From: a bacterium
Lineage (GTDB): Bacteria; Zhuqueibacterota; Zhuqueibacteria; Residuimicrobiales; Krinioviventaceae
Length of the DNA stretch: 64,000 nt
Direction: 5' to 3'
Assembly: GCA_963675755.2 (NCBI GenBank)
Contig: CAXXMD010000002.1
Coordinates: 1,408,001 to 1,472,000 of the forward strand
The notes under the pieces are model-generated. The model did not search any database. It saw only the letters and a list, made by a program, of their open reading frames with translations, and was not told the origin of the DNA. The first letter of the stretch is position 1, and each line of letters begins with the position of its first letter. Positions 42,200 to 51,378 of this stretch are shown here, piece after piece. The position numbers and the translations under genes were made by a program.

Positions 42200-43492
42200 T
42201 CATTTAGGTTCCAGACAACGGTCCATACGGGCCGCAAAATCATCGAGAAATGCCTTGCGCCATTGATTTACTGTGACAGCTCCGTAATGTGCACCCTCTT
42301 TAAATTCAGGCTCAAGTTTATCAGTCCACCAGTGCGAATGAGTCACTGCTTTTTCATATTTGGGCAAACTATTTTCTTCAACAGCAGTAAACACTCCTTT
42401 ACCGCCATCCAGTTCAGCAATATCACTCTTTATTACATACTTCCATTCTCCCACGGCTTTGGGTGCAAACCGCAGGATATATTTGCCATTACTGTAATAA
42501 TAACCCTGAAAATCCTGTTTTGCAATAGTAAAAGTAAATTGCGGTTCGTCATTCGCGGTACCTACATCCGGTCCATCCAAAACAATCTCAATGATACCAA
42601 ATACTTCTACTTTATCGTTTTTATTTGTATGTCCGTAAAAAACCGATTTGGGACGATAAACGGTATTGGCATAACTCCCTCCCCAGCTTTCTGCAGTGGG
42701 ATCATCAGAATTTCCATGAAGCAGCCATGCAACACTAGGTGTATCACCCATCTTGATGCTGCCGCCATAATACTTGCCAAAAGCGGTACCCAAAGCGCCA
42801 TGACCGTCAATATTTTGTTTAAAAAACTCTAAATTATCATAGCTTCCATCCATTTTACCGCCGTTGAACCAGCCACGATACGTGGAATTGCTTTCAATCA
42901 TCCATAAATCGGGAAAATTCTCTTCAATATAATTGTACGCATCCGCTCCCCATTTTTTATTGGGACCACCGATATAATAGATACGGATCTTTTCCTGAAT
43001 GCTCGGGTCATCGTGCAATGCCTGCGCAACATCTTCCAACAGACCCCATACCAATATGTTCAGGGGACGTGGATCGTCCTTGTGCGCACATTTAATGATC
43101 CAGTCCGAGCCTTCTGTAGCGTCCCGGTAACCTTTGCCGGGTGCGCGATCAACTGCGCCCTGTTTGCACAAAGCACGTAACGCATCAGGAGCAGGATATT
43201 TATCTGACCATGTTTTCAAATTAGCATAGTCATTTTCATATAATTTTATAATATCAAAAATATCTTTTTTTGTGCCTGCTCCCCAGGGAGAAGCAATCAA
43301 TCCTTCGGTATCAAACACATCTGCATAGAGCAGATAATGGATCATGGATTGAAAATCATCAGGATCGCTGCCGCCAATATCACTGCAAACAATTACCCGA
43401 TATCGCTCACCAGTTAACGCTCCGCTTTGAGATTGTGAAAACCCCAGAACAGGCAAAAAAAATATCGTCACTATTAAAATTATTCTTTTCAC
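42200..43492 (-). CDS. Secreted DUF1593 nucleoside-hydrolase-like protein
   Basis: Signal peptide; SDIGGSDPDDFQS, EGLIAS, TEGS.WII, WG and KMGDTPS; C-terminal WR..FL.DFAARMD. Confidence 0.75.
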   Translation of the reverse strand: MKRIILIVTIFFLPVLGFSQSQSGALTGERYRVIVCSDIGGSDPDDFQSMIHYLLYADVFDTEGLIASPWGAGTKKDIFDIIKLYENDYANLKTWSDKYPAPDALRALCKQGAVDRAPGKGYRDATEGSDWIIKCAHKDDPRPLNILVWGLLEDVAQALHDDPSIQEKIRIYYIGGPNKKWGADAYNYIEENFPDLWMIESNSTYRGWFNGGKMDGSYDNLEFFKQNIDGHGALGTAFGKYYGGSIKMGDTPSVAWLLHGNSDDPTAESWGGSYANTVYRPKSVFYGHTNKNDKVEVFGIIEIVLDGPDVGTANDEPQFTFTIAKQDFQGYYYSNGKYILRFAPKAVGEWKYVIKSDIAELDGGKGVFTAVEENSLPKYEKAVTHSHWWTDKLEPEFKEGAHYGAVTVNQWRKAFLDDFAARMDRCLEPK

Positions 43493-43600
43493 GGATTTGT
43501 CTCCTTATTCAAGTCCATACATGTACAAGACAAAATAAATAATAATAATTAAAGAATAATTAAAACCACTTTTCAGGCCAAGCAAACACATTCCTTTATA

Positions 43601-45280
43601 TTATCTTTTTAAAATAGCTGTGGGCCTGGCTCCATTTTCAAAAACAATCTGATTTTTCTCTAATTCAAAATTTAGTATCTCAATATCTTTGGTTTTGTTT
43701 CCAACCAATTTGATAAAAACATTGTCATTATTCACAACTTTGGGTGCATCAATGGATACATTTATGCTGTTAGCCACTGTCAAAGCAGGACCGGTTATAG
43801 GTTCAATACATACATTCTTTAACTGGATTCCATCCGCGTCTACGCACATTAAACCTTTATCCGCAGAAATATTTACATTATCAAGGTGTATGCCCCGTAT
43901 TGGCATTTCCGGCAAACCCTGCAGTAACACGGCACGGCCCGCGCCACGACAAGTAACATCACTTAGCCAGATATTACGGAATTGCGGAGTCTCGTCTGAA
44001 ACGGGTACAGCAGGTGAGTCCTCATTACCACCGGTAATATCTTCGGGTGCATTATTGTTATAATACATATTGAAACGGATTGCATCGGTTGGAATGTTGA
44101 TCATGTCAATATGATTGCACCAAATGTTTTCAACAACGCCCCCTCTTCCGCGGGTACTTTTAAAGCGCAAACCCACATCTGTTCCAATAAATGTACAATC
44201 AGAAATATAAATATCTTTAACGCCGCCAGACATCTCACTGCCAATGGTAAATCCGCCATGTCCATGATAGACAATACAATTGGTAATGATCATTTTTTCA
44301 CTGGCTATACCGCGATCACGTCCGGCTTTATCCTTACCGGATTTTAAACAGATTGCGTCGTCTCCAACATCAAAGCTGGAATTATAAAGATATACATTTT
44401 TACAGGATTCGAGATCAAGTCCGTCACCATTTTGCGAGAACCATGGATTACGAACAGTTATATTGCGAATCGTAATATTTTCACACACCATGGGATGGAT
44501 GTTCCAACCGGGAGAATTCTGAAAAACCGGGCCATCCAGCAACAAATTCTTACAATTGATAAAACTAACCATTACCGGACGAAGATACTGTTTTGCTTCA
44601 GCAAAAGCTTCCAAAGGCGCATTGGGATCAGCTGCGAGCTTTCGCACAACATCTCTTCCGTCACGGGCTGCTTTTGTAGGCCACCACTGTTCTCCCGAGG
44701 GCTCCAGTGCGCCACCCGATTCCAATAATTCGTTCCAACGGTTTTCTGTCATTTTCATCTTTTTAACCGGCCGCCAGGCTTGTCCGTTTCCATCAAACAC
44801 ACCTTGTCCGGTTATGGCGATATTTTCCAGATCAACTGCCATTATGGGAGATGTACATCGGACAACACGTCCTCCCTGATAAGGACGTTCCAATAATGGA
44901 TAATCCTCAAATTCGGGACTGAATAAAACGAGCGCGCCATCCTCTACATGTAGATTGATATTGCTCAAAAGATGAATGGGACCGGTCAGCCAAATACCTC
45001 TCGGTATAATGACGGTTCCCCCACCTTGTTCAGCACAGGCCTTGATGGCAGAGTTGATTGCTGTTGTGTTTATTACTTTGCCGCCGGGTACAGCATTAAA
45101 ATCAAGAATATTGACCTGTCTGTCAGGAAACTGCGGAGCTTGAAATGAATCCATATCAAACGGGGGGTCAATTGCTTGAATTGGATTTTCCGCCAAACCT
45201 TGCATAGTGAATAACAATGTAATGAGCATAACCAAACACAAAAAATATTGTTTCTTTATAACAGTCATCTGGTTTTTCAT
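43601..45280 (-). CDS. GH28 polygalacturonase/galacturonidase
   Basis: Catalytic motifs NGDGLD, GDDAICLKSG, GHGG..IGSE and LRFKS.RGRGG; signal peptide. Confidence 0.93.
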   Translation of the reverse strand: MKNQMTVIKKQYFLCLVMLITLLFTMQGLAENPIQAIDPPFDMDSFQAPQFPDRQVNILDFNAVPGGKVINTTAINSAIKACAEQGGGTVIIPRGIWLTGPIHLLSNINLHVEDGALVLFSPEFEDYPLLERPYQGGRVVRCTSPIMAVDLENIAITGQGVFDGNGQAWRPVKKMKMTENRWNELLESGGALEPSGEQWWPTKAARDGRDVVRKLAADPNAPLEAFAEAKQYLRPVMVSFINCKNLLLDGPVFQNSPGWNIHPMVCENITIRNITVRNPWFSQNGDGLDLESCKNVYLYNSSFDVGDDAICLKSGKDKAGRDRGIASEKMIITNCIVYHGHGGFTIGSEMSGGVKDIYISDCTFIGTDVGLRFKSTRGRGGVVENIWCNHIDMINIPTDAIRFNMYYNNNAPEDITGGNEDSPAVPVSDETPQFRNIWLSDVTCRGAGRAVLLQGLPEMPIRGIHLDNVNISADKGLMCVDADGIQLKNVCIEPITGPALTVANSINVSIDAPKVVNNDNVFIKLVGNKTKDIEILNFELEKNQIVFENGARPTAILKR

Positions 45281-45294
45281 ATCAATGTCTCCTG

Positions 45295-46872
45295 TTATTG
45301 CTCTGATAAAGCATCTGCTTTAACATCAGACGCAATCTCAACCGGATTTTCAGTATATCTAAAATTATTACTACCCAGGGTTATATCCCGGGTATTTTCA
45401 CCGGATAACTTTAAATAGGTCTCTGTTCCCGGTAGTGTAGAATTCCCATAAAAATAAGCATTTTTCACATCACTCAACTCTATGACCGGTGTATCCTTGT
45501 GCGGTGTAAGTGTTTTGACGCCATTTATTTCTAAATTCTCTGTTTGCTCGGCAAATATAGCGGGACCATTCTCTGTATTTACCTGTACATGATGGAATTC
45601 AATATCCTGCGCGTCTTTGATGGTAAAACCAACTTCCGCATCGATATTGATATCATTAAAGGTAACACCCTGAATGGGCATTTCTTTCAGACCCAGTAAA
45701 TATCCGGCCTGCTTGGCTTGAGCTGTGATATTGCTGAAATGCATATTTCTGAAAATGGGTGTACGTTCCGTAACCGGTTCATCCGGGGTTTCGTGGTAAA
45801 ACATGTTTAGTTTGATCGCTTCCATGCGGATATTTTTCATAATCACATTACTTACACGAATATCTTCAACCGTGCCGCCGCGTCCGCGCATGGATTTGAT
45901 ACGAATGCCCCTGTCTGTTCCGTCAAACACACAGTTGGATATGGTGATCTTTTTAACTCCACCCGACATTTCACTGCCAATCACCACACCGCCATGCCCT
46001 GAAAGCATGGTACAGTTGGTTATGGTATAATCTTCAGCTGGAACGCCTTTTAAACGCCCCGGTTCGTCGCGACCGGATTTGATAGTAATGCAATCATCAC
46101 CCACACTGATATGACAATTTGAAATATGCACATATTTGCAGGATGATGGATTGATTCCGTCTGTATTGGGAGATATGGGATTATTGATGGTCACACCTGT
46201 TACCGTTATATTTTCGCAAAATTCAGGATTAATGGTCCAAAAAGGTGAATTGGTAATGGTAATACCTTCAATCAGAATATTTTTGCAATATATAGGCTGT
46301 ATGAACGGAGGCCGCATAAATCCACGGTCCAGGCCTTCAGATGCATCCGGTTTTACAATATCTTTATTCAATTCTACAAACATGTTTTGCCATTTACTGC
46401 GCGATTTTGGACCATCCTTGACATATTTTTTATTTGCTTCATACATGAATGCCCACCACTTTTGTCCCTGACCGTCAATAGTACCGCGTCCTCGTATCGC
46501 AATATTTTCAACCTTGTACCCATAAAACAAGGGTGAAAAATTGGTCACATCAATCCCCTCCCAACGGGATTCCACCATGGGCAGGTAATCATCAAAATCT
46601 TCACTAAATTTCAGTACAGCGCCGGCGTCAATATAAATCGTAATATTGCTTTTAAAATGAATGGGGCCGGTCAGGTACACACCAGCTGGGAAATAAATGG
46701 TACCGCCGCCAACCTTAGAAGCATCATTAATCGCTTGTTTTACCAGCTCGGTAATCTTGGCAGAGCCGTCATTGGCTGCACCATAATCCAGTATATTATA
46801 AAATGTAGAATGTTCGGCACTTATTGCCAGAGTTGAAAAATATAGTATAATAACAAACAAAATCTTTTTCAT
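45295..46872 (-). CDS. GH28 polygalacturonase/galacturonidase
   Basis: NTDGINP, GDDCITIKSG, GHGGVVIGSE and RIKSMRGRGG; signal peptide from MKKIL. Confidence 0.93.
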   Translation of the reverse strand: MKKILFVIILYFSTLAISAEHSTFYNILDYGAANDGSAKITELVKQAINDASKVGGGTIYFPAGVYLTGPIHFKSNITIYIDAGAVLKFSEDFDDYLPMVESRWEGIDVTNFSPLFYGYKVENIAIRGRGTIDGQGQKWWAFMYEANKKYVKDGPKSRSKWQNMFVELNKDIVKPDASEGLDRGFMRPPFIQPIYCKNILIEGITITNSPFWTINPEFCENITVTGVTINNPISPNTDGINPSSCKYVHISNCHISVGDDCITIKSGRDEPGRLKGVPAEDYTITNCTMLSGHGGVVIGSEMSGGVKKITISNCVFDGTDRGIRIKSMRGRGGTVEDIRVSNVIMKNIRMEAIKLNMFYHETPDEPVTERTPIFRNMHFSNITAQAKQAGYLLGLKEMPIQGVTFNDINIDAEVGFTIKDAQDIEFHHVQVNTENGPAIFAEQTENLEINGVKTLTPHKDTPVIELSDVKNAYFYGNSTLPGTETYLKLSGENTRDITLGSNNFRYTENPVEIASDVKADALSEQ

Positions 46873-46904
46873 TGTATCTCCGAAATCAGTATTCATAATT
46901 CAAA

Positions 46905-49028
46905 TCAAGGAAGTGGATTAATTCCTTCCCATTTCACTTTCCAACTCCCATCCTGAGGAAACCCGGGTGCGTTTATATCCGGAGCATCATCCCATCCTGC
47001 TGCCATTAACGCAGTTGCAGAAAGTAATGAACAGTTTACCGGCAGGTATGCAGGACAGTTTTTCGGTTCTTTTGGCCGTCTTACATGTCCATTGGGTAAA
47101 TAACGGGCTCGTTCATGGGTGTTGCATAAAATATCAACCGCTACTTCTGTTTCGCCCAGCCTCGCCGCGGTCATGGCCATTTTGCCGGATGTCCAGCTTA
47201 CAAAAGCATCAATTCCCTGTATCTCTTTGAGCTTGTCAAATGTATTTTTCATTATGGTTTCATCTACACGCTCTGTCCTGGGTAAAAATCCCATTGCCAT
47301 TACCATGGATGAAGATAATCCTTTACGGTTGTCTTTAAATATATCGGGATTGGTTTCAATATCCAGATACAAACTATCCTGAATGGGAAGCAGAGACAAT
47401 TTATTATAAACATCATCCCAAAGGGGATCAGCCTCCAGGCCCAAACGTTCACGCCATTGTCTGGCAACAGACAATCCGTAATACCAATAAGCCAGTTCAA
47501 ATGTCGGGTTCTTTGTATTATTTTCACCATGATCTTCTGAAACGCTTTTGATCGGGGGACCCAGGGTATATCGTTTTTCATTTTCATTGTAAAACGCATA
47601 GGTTGCCAGATAATCAGCAGATTCAAAAACCAGATCTTTGTATTTTTCCAATGTTTCTTTATCCTGACGAACACGATAAATCAGTTCAGACAAATATATT
47701 ACATTCGGCTGATTCCATATGATAAAGGGATTGATATTTCCGGGACTGGGTTGTCCATGCGGACCGGTCATTTTGGGCCAGCGTGCGCCCTTGATCCCCT
47801 GCTTTTCAGCAAGATCTTTGGCAACAGGTAAAATGGACTGGTACCAGGCTAAACTTTTTTCAACCACATCAATATGGCCCCACTGGATAAAATGGGCCAT
47901 GTGCCACCAATACATTTCTGTATTGTGCTTACCATACCAGCTAATATGTGTCAAACCGGTTTCCTGTGGCGGAAAGGTACTGGCATAATTGACCCGTAAC
48001 AGATATTGTGACAAAACAATGCGGCGCTCCAATTCATTAGCCCGAGGATCGGTACTTTCAGAAAGATCAATTGCACCACCGGTTGTCCAATATTCTTGCC
48101 AGTCATTTGCACTGGCGTCTAGGGTTTCTTTAAATTCAGATAAAGATGCTGTTTGCTCATCAGCAGTAAAATCACAATAAAATTCCAGCACATCACCATC
48201 AGAAGGAATTGAAAACCGGTGTTTACTCTCGGTTATCAGAGATTTTTCATTGTTCCATTTTAAACGCGCGTAATAGACATCATCATCCAGAATGCGTTTG
48301 AATTGAACACCATCTGACAGCTCAATAACCTTTGTAGAATGTAACTCGGGATGGGCCCAGTCAATAGGTGGCTTGTTTTTCACATTCTGGTCATAATCAA
48401 ACGGAAAGTGTATAAAAGGAGTCAATTTGCCTTTTGCCAAAAATGGAGATTCAATCCGTACTGCTATCATGTCCCTGTCCGGGTGACAAACCGTCTCAAC
48501 AGTAACTGAGGCGCCTTCCAGCTCAAAATGACTGGTAATGCAGCCGGTCCACAAATCCAAGGTTTGATCGATTGCTTTCAGGTCCGTATAGGTTGCAATA
48601 CTGCCATCCGCCTTTTCAAGCTCCATACCAATACGTCCCATGGGAATACGGTGTGGATTTTTTCGAAAATATTCTCCTGCCGGACTTTTTTCCTTTCGGG
48701 CATATTGCAGCATGCGGCCCTGAAATTCATAAGGTTCTGATGCATCTTTTAGGGTATAACCGTCGATATTGGGAGTTGTATGCCACGCCCAACTGGACAT
48801 GGTCTCAAGAGGAATACCATTATCATAATAATAGTCTGTAAAGGTCTGCAAACCGGTCACATCCACTGTAAATGCAAATTCTCCATTACCCACTGTCAAT
48901 GGAGCTAAAGGATCTACTTTTGTGATTTCCGGGTTATGACGATGAACAAGTGCATATCTGTCTATAGGTTTATTACAGGCTGCAATAAAGATTAACAGTA
49001 TGGCCAGAAATACTAGATTTTTTTTCAT
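46905..49028 (-). CDS. Lipoprotein, (alpha/alpha)6 GH65/GH95-like glycoside hydrolase of unassigned activity
   Basis: Lipobox IAAC; IDR.ALV.RHNP, VGNGEFAF..D.TGLQTF, ELERRIVLSQYL, PPQETGL, W.GK..EM.WWH, GARWPKM, NPTFELAYW and MAAGWD. Confidence 0.65.
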   Translation of the reverse strand: MKKNLVFLAILLIFIAACNKPIDRYALVHRHNPEITKVDPLAPLTVGNGEFAFTVDVTGLQTFTDYYYDNGIPLETMSSWAWHTTPNIDGYTLKDASEPYEFQGRMLQYARKEKSPAGEYFRKNPHRIPMGRIGMELEKADGSIATYTDLKAIDQTLDLWTGCITSHFELEGASVTVETVCHPDRDMIAVRIESPFLAKGKLTPFIHFPFDYDQNVKNKPPIDWAHPELHSTKVIELSDGVQFKRILDDDVYYARLKWNNEKSLITESKHRFSIPSDGDVLEFYCDFTADEQTASLSEFKETLDASANDWQEYWTTGGAIDLSESTDPRANELERRIVLSQYLLRVNYASTFPPQETGLTHISWYGKHNTEMYWWHMAHFIQWGHIDVVEKSLAWYQSILPVAKDLAEKQGIKGARWPKMTGPHGQPSPGNINPFIIWNQPNVIYLSELIYRVRQDKETLEKYKDLVFESADYLATYAFYNENEKRYTLGPPIKSVSEDHGENNTKNPTFELAYWYYGLSVARQWRERLGLEADPLWDDVYNKLSLLPIQDSLYLDIETNPDIFKDNRKGLSSSMVMAMGFLPRTERVDETIMKNTFDKLKEIQGIDAFVSWTSGKMAMTAARLGETEVAVDILCNTHERARYLPNGHVRRPKEPKNCPAYLPVNCSLLSATALMAAGWDDAPDINAPGFPQDGSWKVKWEGINPLP

Positions 49029-49056
49029 AATCGACCTTGTAAAATCAGGGTGAGAT

Positions 49057-50073
49057 TCAATTTCGGTTTAACAGATTTTCAACAATTTTGGGATCAACAC
49101 TAAATACATGACCATGCTTGGCTCCTTTCGGAAAATTCAACTTTTCCGAAATATCCTGCCAGTTTTTCAAATCTGTTGATACAACTGCACCGTAATAGGG
49201 TTGGCTTCCGTGATGATCATAATATACAAAAACGGAATCACTTTTTTGTATGGCACAAGGACCTTCATTTTGCCATTTTCCGGATCCGGGTCCGTTACCT
49301 GTAATGGTCTCAGAAATATTGGTATAGGATCCGTAGGGGCTGTTGCTCTCTGCCATGCGGATATTCTGGTAACCGGGATGATATTCCACAGCATCATTAC
49401 CGCGTTCATCTTTGAAAAACAGACAATATTTGTCATTGGTTTTAAGAATAAATGCATCAATGCAGCTATGATAGGGATTAAATAGCACCTGCGGTTCTGA
49501 AAAGGATTGAAAATCGCGGGTTGTAACATACCAGATTCTATGATTTCGTGTAGTAGTGGGATCATCATCCCGGGGAAAGGTATTGTCAGACAAGGTTGTA
49601 GACCAGTAAACAATCCATTGCGATTCCTGGTTATCAAAAAACAATTTGGGAGCCCAGCAATTTTCAGCCGGTTTGTCTTTCATAACCGGGATCAATTTCT
49701 CATCCGTCCAGTGAATCAAGTCTGTTGAATGAGCATATCCAATATCTTTACGGTCCCAACCGCTAGTCCAAATGAGATGAAAACCAGCATTTTGAGGATC
49801 CGGAGCGACAAATGCATCCCGCATGATTTTAAAAGAATGGTCTTGATTTTTAAATTCGGTGCCAACGGAAGGTTCAAATATTACACCCGGTACTTTTTGC
49901 CAATTGTACAAATCCTTGCTATATTCAAACTTTAATCCACCTATACCGTTAGGTTCTCTAAAATTAGAATGTAAATATACTTTTTCATCAGATGATGTAC
50001 TCGGGTTTTTGTTAACACAAGCAAGGGATAAAATAAACAAAACAACCAAAATCCGGATTAGAAAAACTTTCAT
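49057..50073 (-). CDS. GH43 alpha-L-arabinofuranosidase (GH43_18/BT1021-like), lipoprotein
   Basis: Lipobox LAC; MRD, FHLIWT.GW, S.DLIHW, NCWAP, NHRIWY.TT.DF, ID and EGP five-bladed propeller motifs. Confidence 0.8.
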   Translation of the reverse strand: MKVFLIRILVVLFILSLACVNKNPSTSSDEKVYLHSNFREPNGIGGLKFEYSKDLYNWQKVPGVIFEPSVGTEFKNQDHSFKIMRDAFVAPDPQNAGFHLIWTSGWDRKDIGYAHSTDLIHWTDEKLIPVMKDKPAENCWAPKLFFDNQESQWIVYWSTTLSDNTFPRDDDPTTTRNHRIWYVTTRDFQSFSEPQVLFNPYHSCIDAFILKTNDKYCLFFKDERGNDAVEYHPGYQNIRMAESNSPYGSYTNISETITGNGPGSGKWQNEGPCAIQKSDSVFVYYDHHGSQPYYGAVVSTDLKNWQDISEKLNFPKGAKHGHVFSVDPKIVENLLNRN

Positions 50074-50282
50074 TTCCTCAACCTCTTGAGAATAAAACAT
50101 TATTACAATTTTCCGGGAAATTCGAATATTATTTTACAATTGAATTGTCTTTTCTTTCAATATATCTCAAACTCGTATATGACAGATTCATCAAGTCAAG
50201 GGGCCTTAATATAATATATTCTTCATGATATGAAAAGCAACCGCAAAATAACATGATTTGTAAAACAATAGAAAATAGATAT

Positions 50283-50329
50283 AAAAAAGCGCCGGAATAA
50301 GCAGGCATAGTTCATTATTATTCCGGCGC
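50283..50329 (-). terminator. Rho-independent terminator after the PorV-like gene
   Basis: 12-bp inverted repeat GCGCCGGAATAA...TTATTCCGGCGC followed by a T6 run on the minus strand. Confidence 0.75.
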
Positions 50330-50340
50330 CGTGTTACGTA

Positions 50341-51354
50341 TTAATAAGCAATTTTAATAGAGAATCTGTTTACACTATCAAATACGTCAAATGCTGAATA
50401 AGAATAGCTGATATCAACTTTCTTTCCTGCTACTGAAGGACAAACTCCAAAACCAGCAGACAAGCCACCAAAGTCAAGATTTGACTGGTAACCACAACGT
50501 ACAGAAAGCATTTGCATCAGGGTATATTCTAAACCAACGTTTACACGTTCAGTATAGTTATTGGGATGAGAAAACTCTACAGCCAATGTCATTACATTGT
50601 CTTGACTGTGATCAGGAGCAACTACATCAAGAACATCAATTGCTGCACCTAAAGCAAAAGTCAGGGGCAGTTGAGCAGTAATTTCCTGGTATTTCACAGC
50701 AGTTGCAAAGTTACGAATGCTCATACCAAAACGAAAACTTTTGTAACCGGGATAATATTTCAAACCCAAATCAAAAGCAAGTTTGCCAGCTTCGTTATCA
50801 ACAGAACCGGTAGAAATTGTACTTTGACCCAACTGTTGTCTAACATAACGCATATTAGCACCAATCATAAACTTGGCACTAACGGCACGTGCATAAGAAA
50901 CACCCATAGCAAGTGCGCCAACATTATCCAGCAGACCATTATCAATATAACCAATATCATCTGATGATGCCTGAGAACTGGGCATCAGACTTGTACCATA
51001 AATATCACCATAATCAACAGACATAAAACTGACACCTACAACACCAATGGTATTCAGGTTCCATGAAGCTGCTGCTGCAATATATTGAATGTCCGCAATC
51101 CACTGAGTAGAAGTAAAAAAGGCATCCATTTTTGTATCAAGTTCTGCCAAACCGGCAGGATTGTAAAAAATTGCTTCCGATCCGGTACCAACACCGGTGT
51201 AGGCATCACCAAAGGAACTTGCTCTGGGTGATAAACTGACCTGCAGAAAGTTCATGGTGCTTTGTCCTACTTTCTTTAAACCGACTTGTGCCATAAGAGG
51301 GCTGGCCATAGAGCCGATTAAAAGAATAATTAGAAATATATAAAGACGTTTCAT
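50341..51354 (-). CDS. PorV/PorQ-family outer-membrane beta-barrel
   Basis: Signal peptide; FL.V..SPRA..FGDAY, AIFYNPAGLA, alternating beta strands and C-terminal RFSIKIAY. Confidence 0.85.
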   Translation of the reverse strand: MKRLYIFLIILLIGSMASPLMAQVGLKKVGQSTMNFLQVSLSPRASSFGDAYTGVGTGSEAIFYNPAGLAELDTKMDAFFTSTQWIADIQYIAAAASWNLNTIGVVGVSFMSVDYGDIYGTSLMPSSQASSDDIGYIDNGLLDNVGALAMGVSYARAVSAKFMIGANMRYVRQQLGQSTISTGSVDNEAGKLAFDLGLKYYPGYKSFRFGMSIRNFATAVKYQEITAQLPLTFALGAAIDVLDVVAPDHSQDNVMTLAVEFSHPNNYTERVNVGLEYTLMQMLSVRCGYQSNLDFGGLSAGFGVCPSVAGKKVDISYSYSAFDVFDSVNRFSIKIAY

Positions 51355-51378
51355 AATAATATTTCTCCTATTAGTGAA

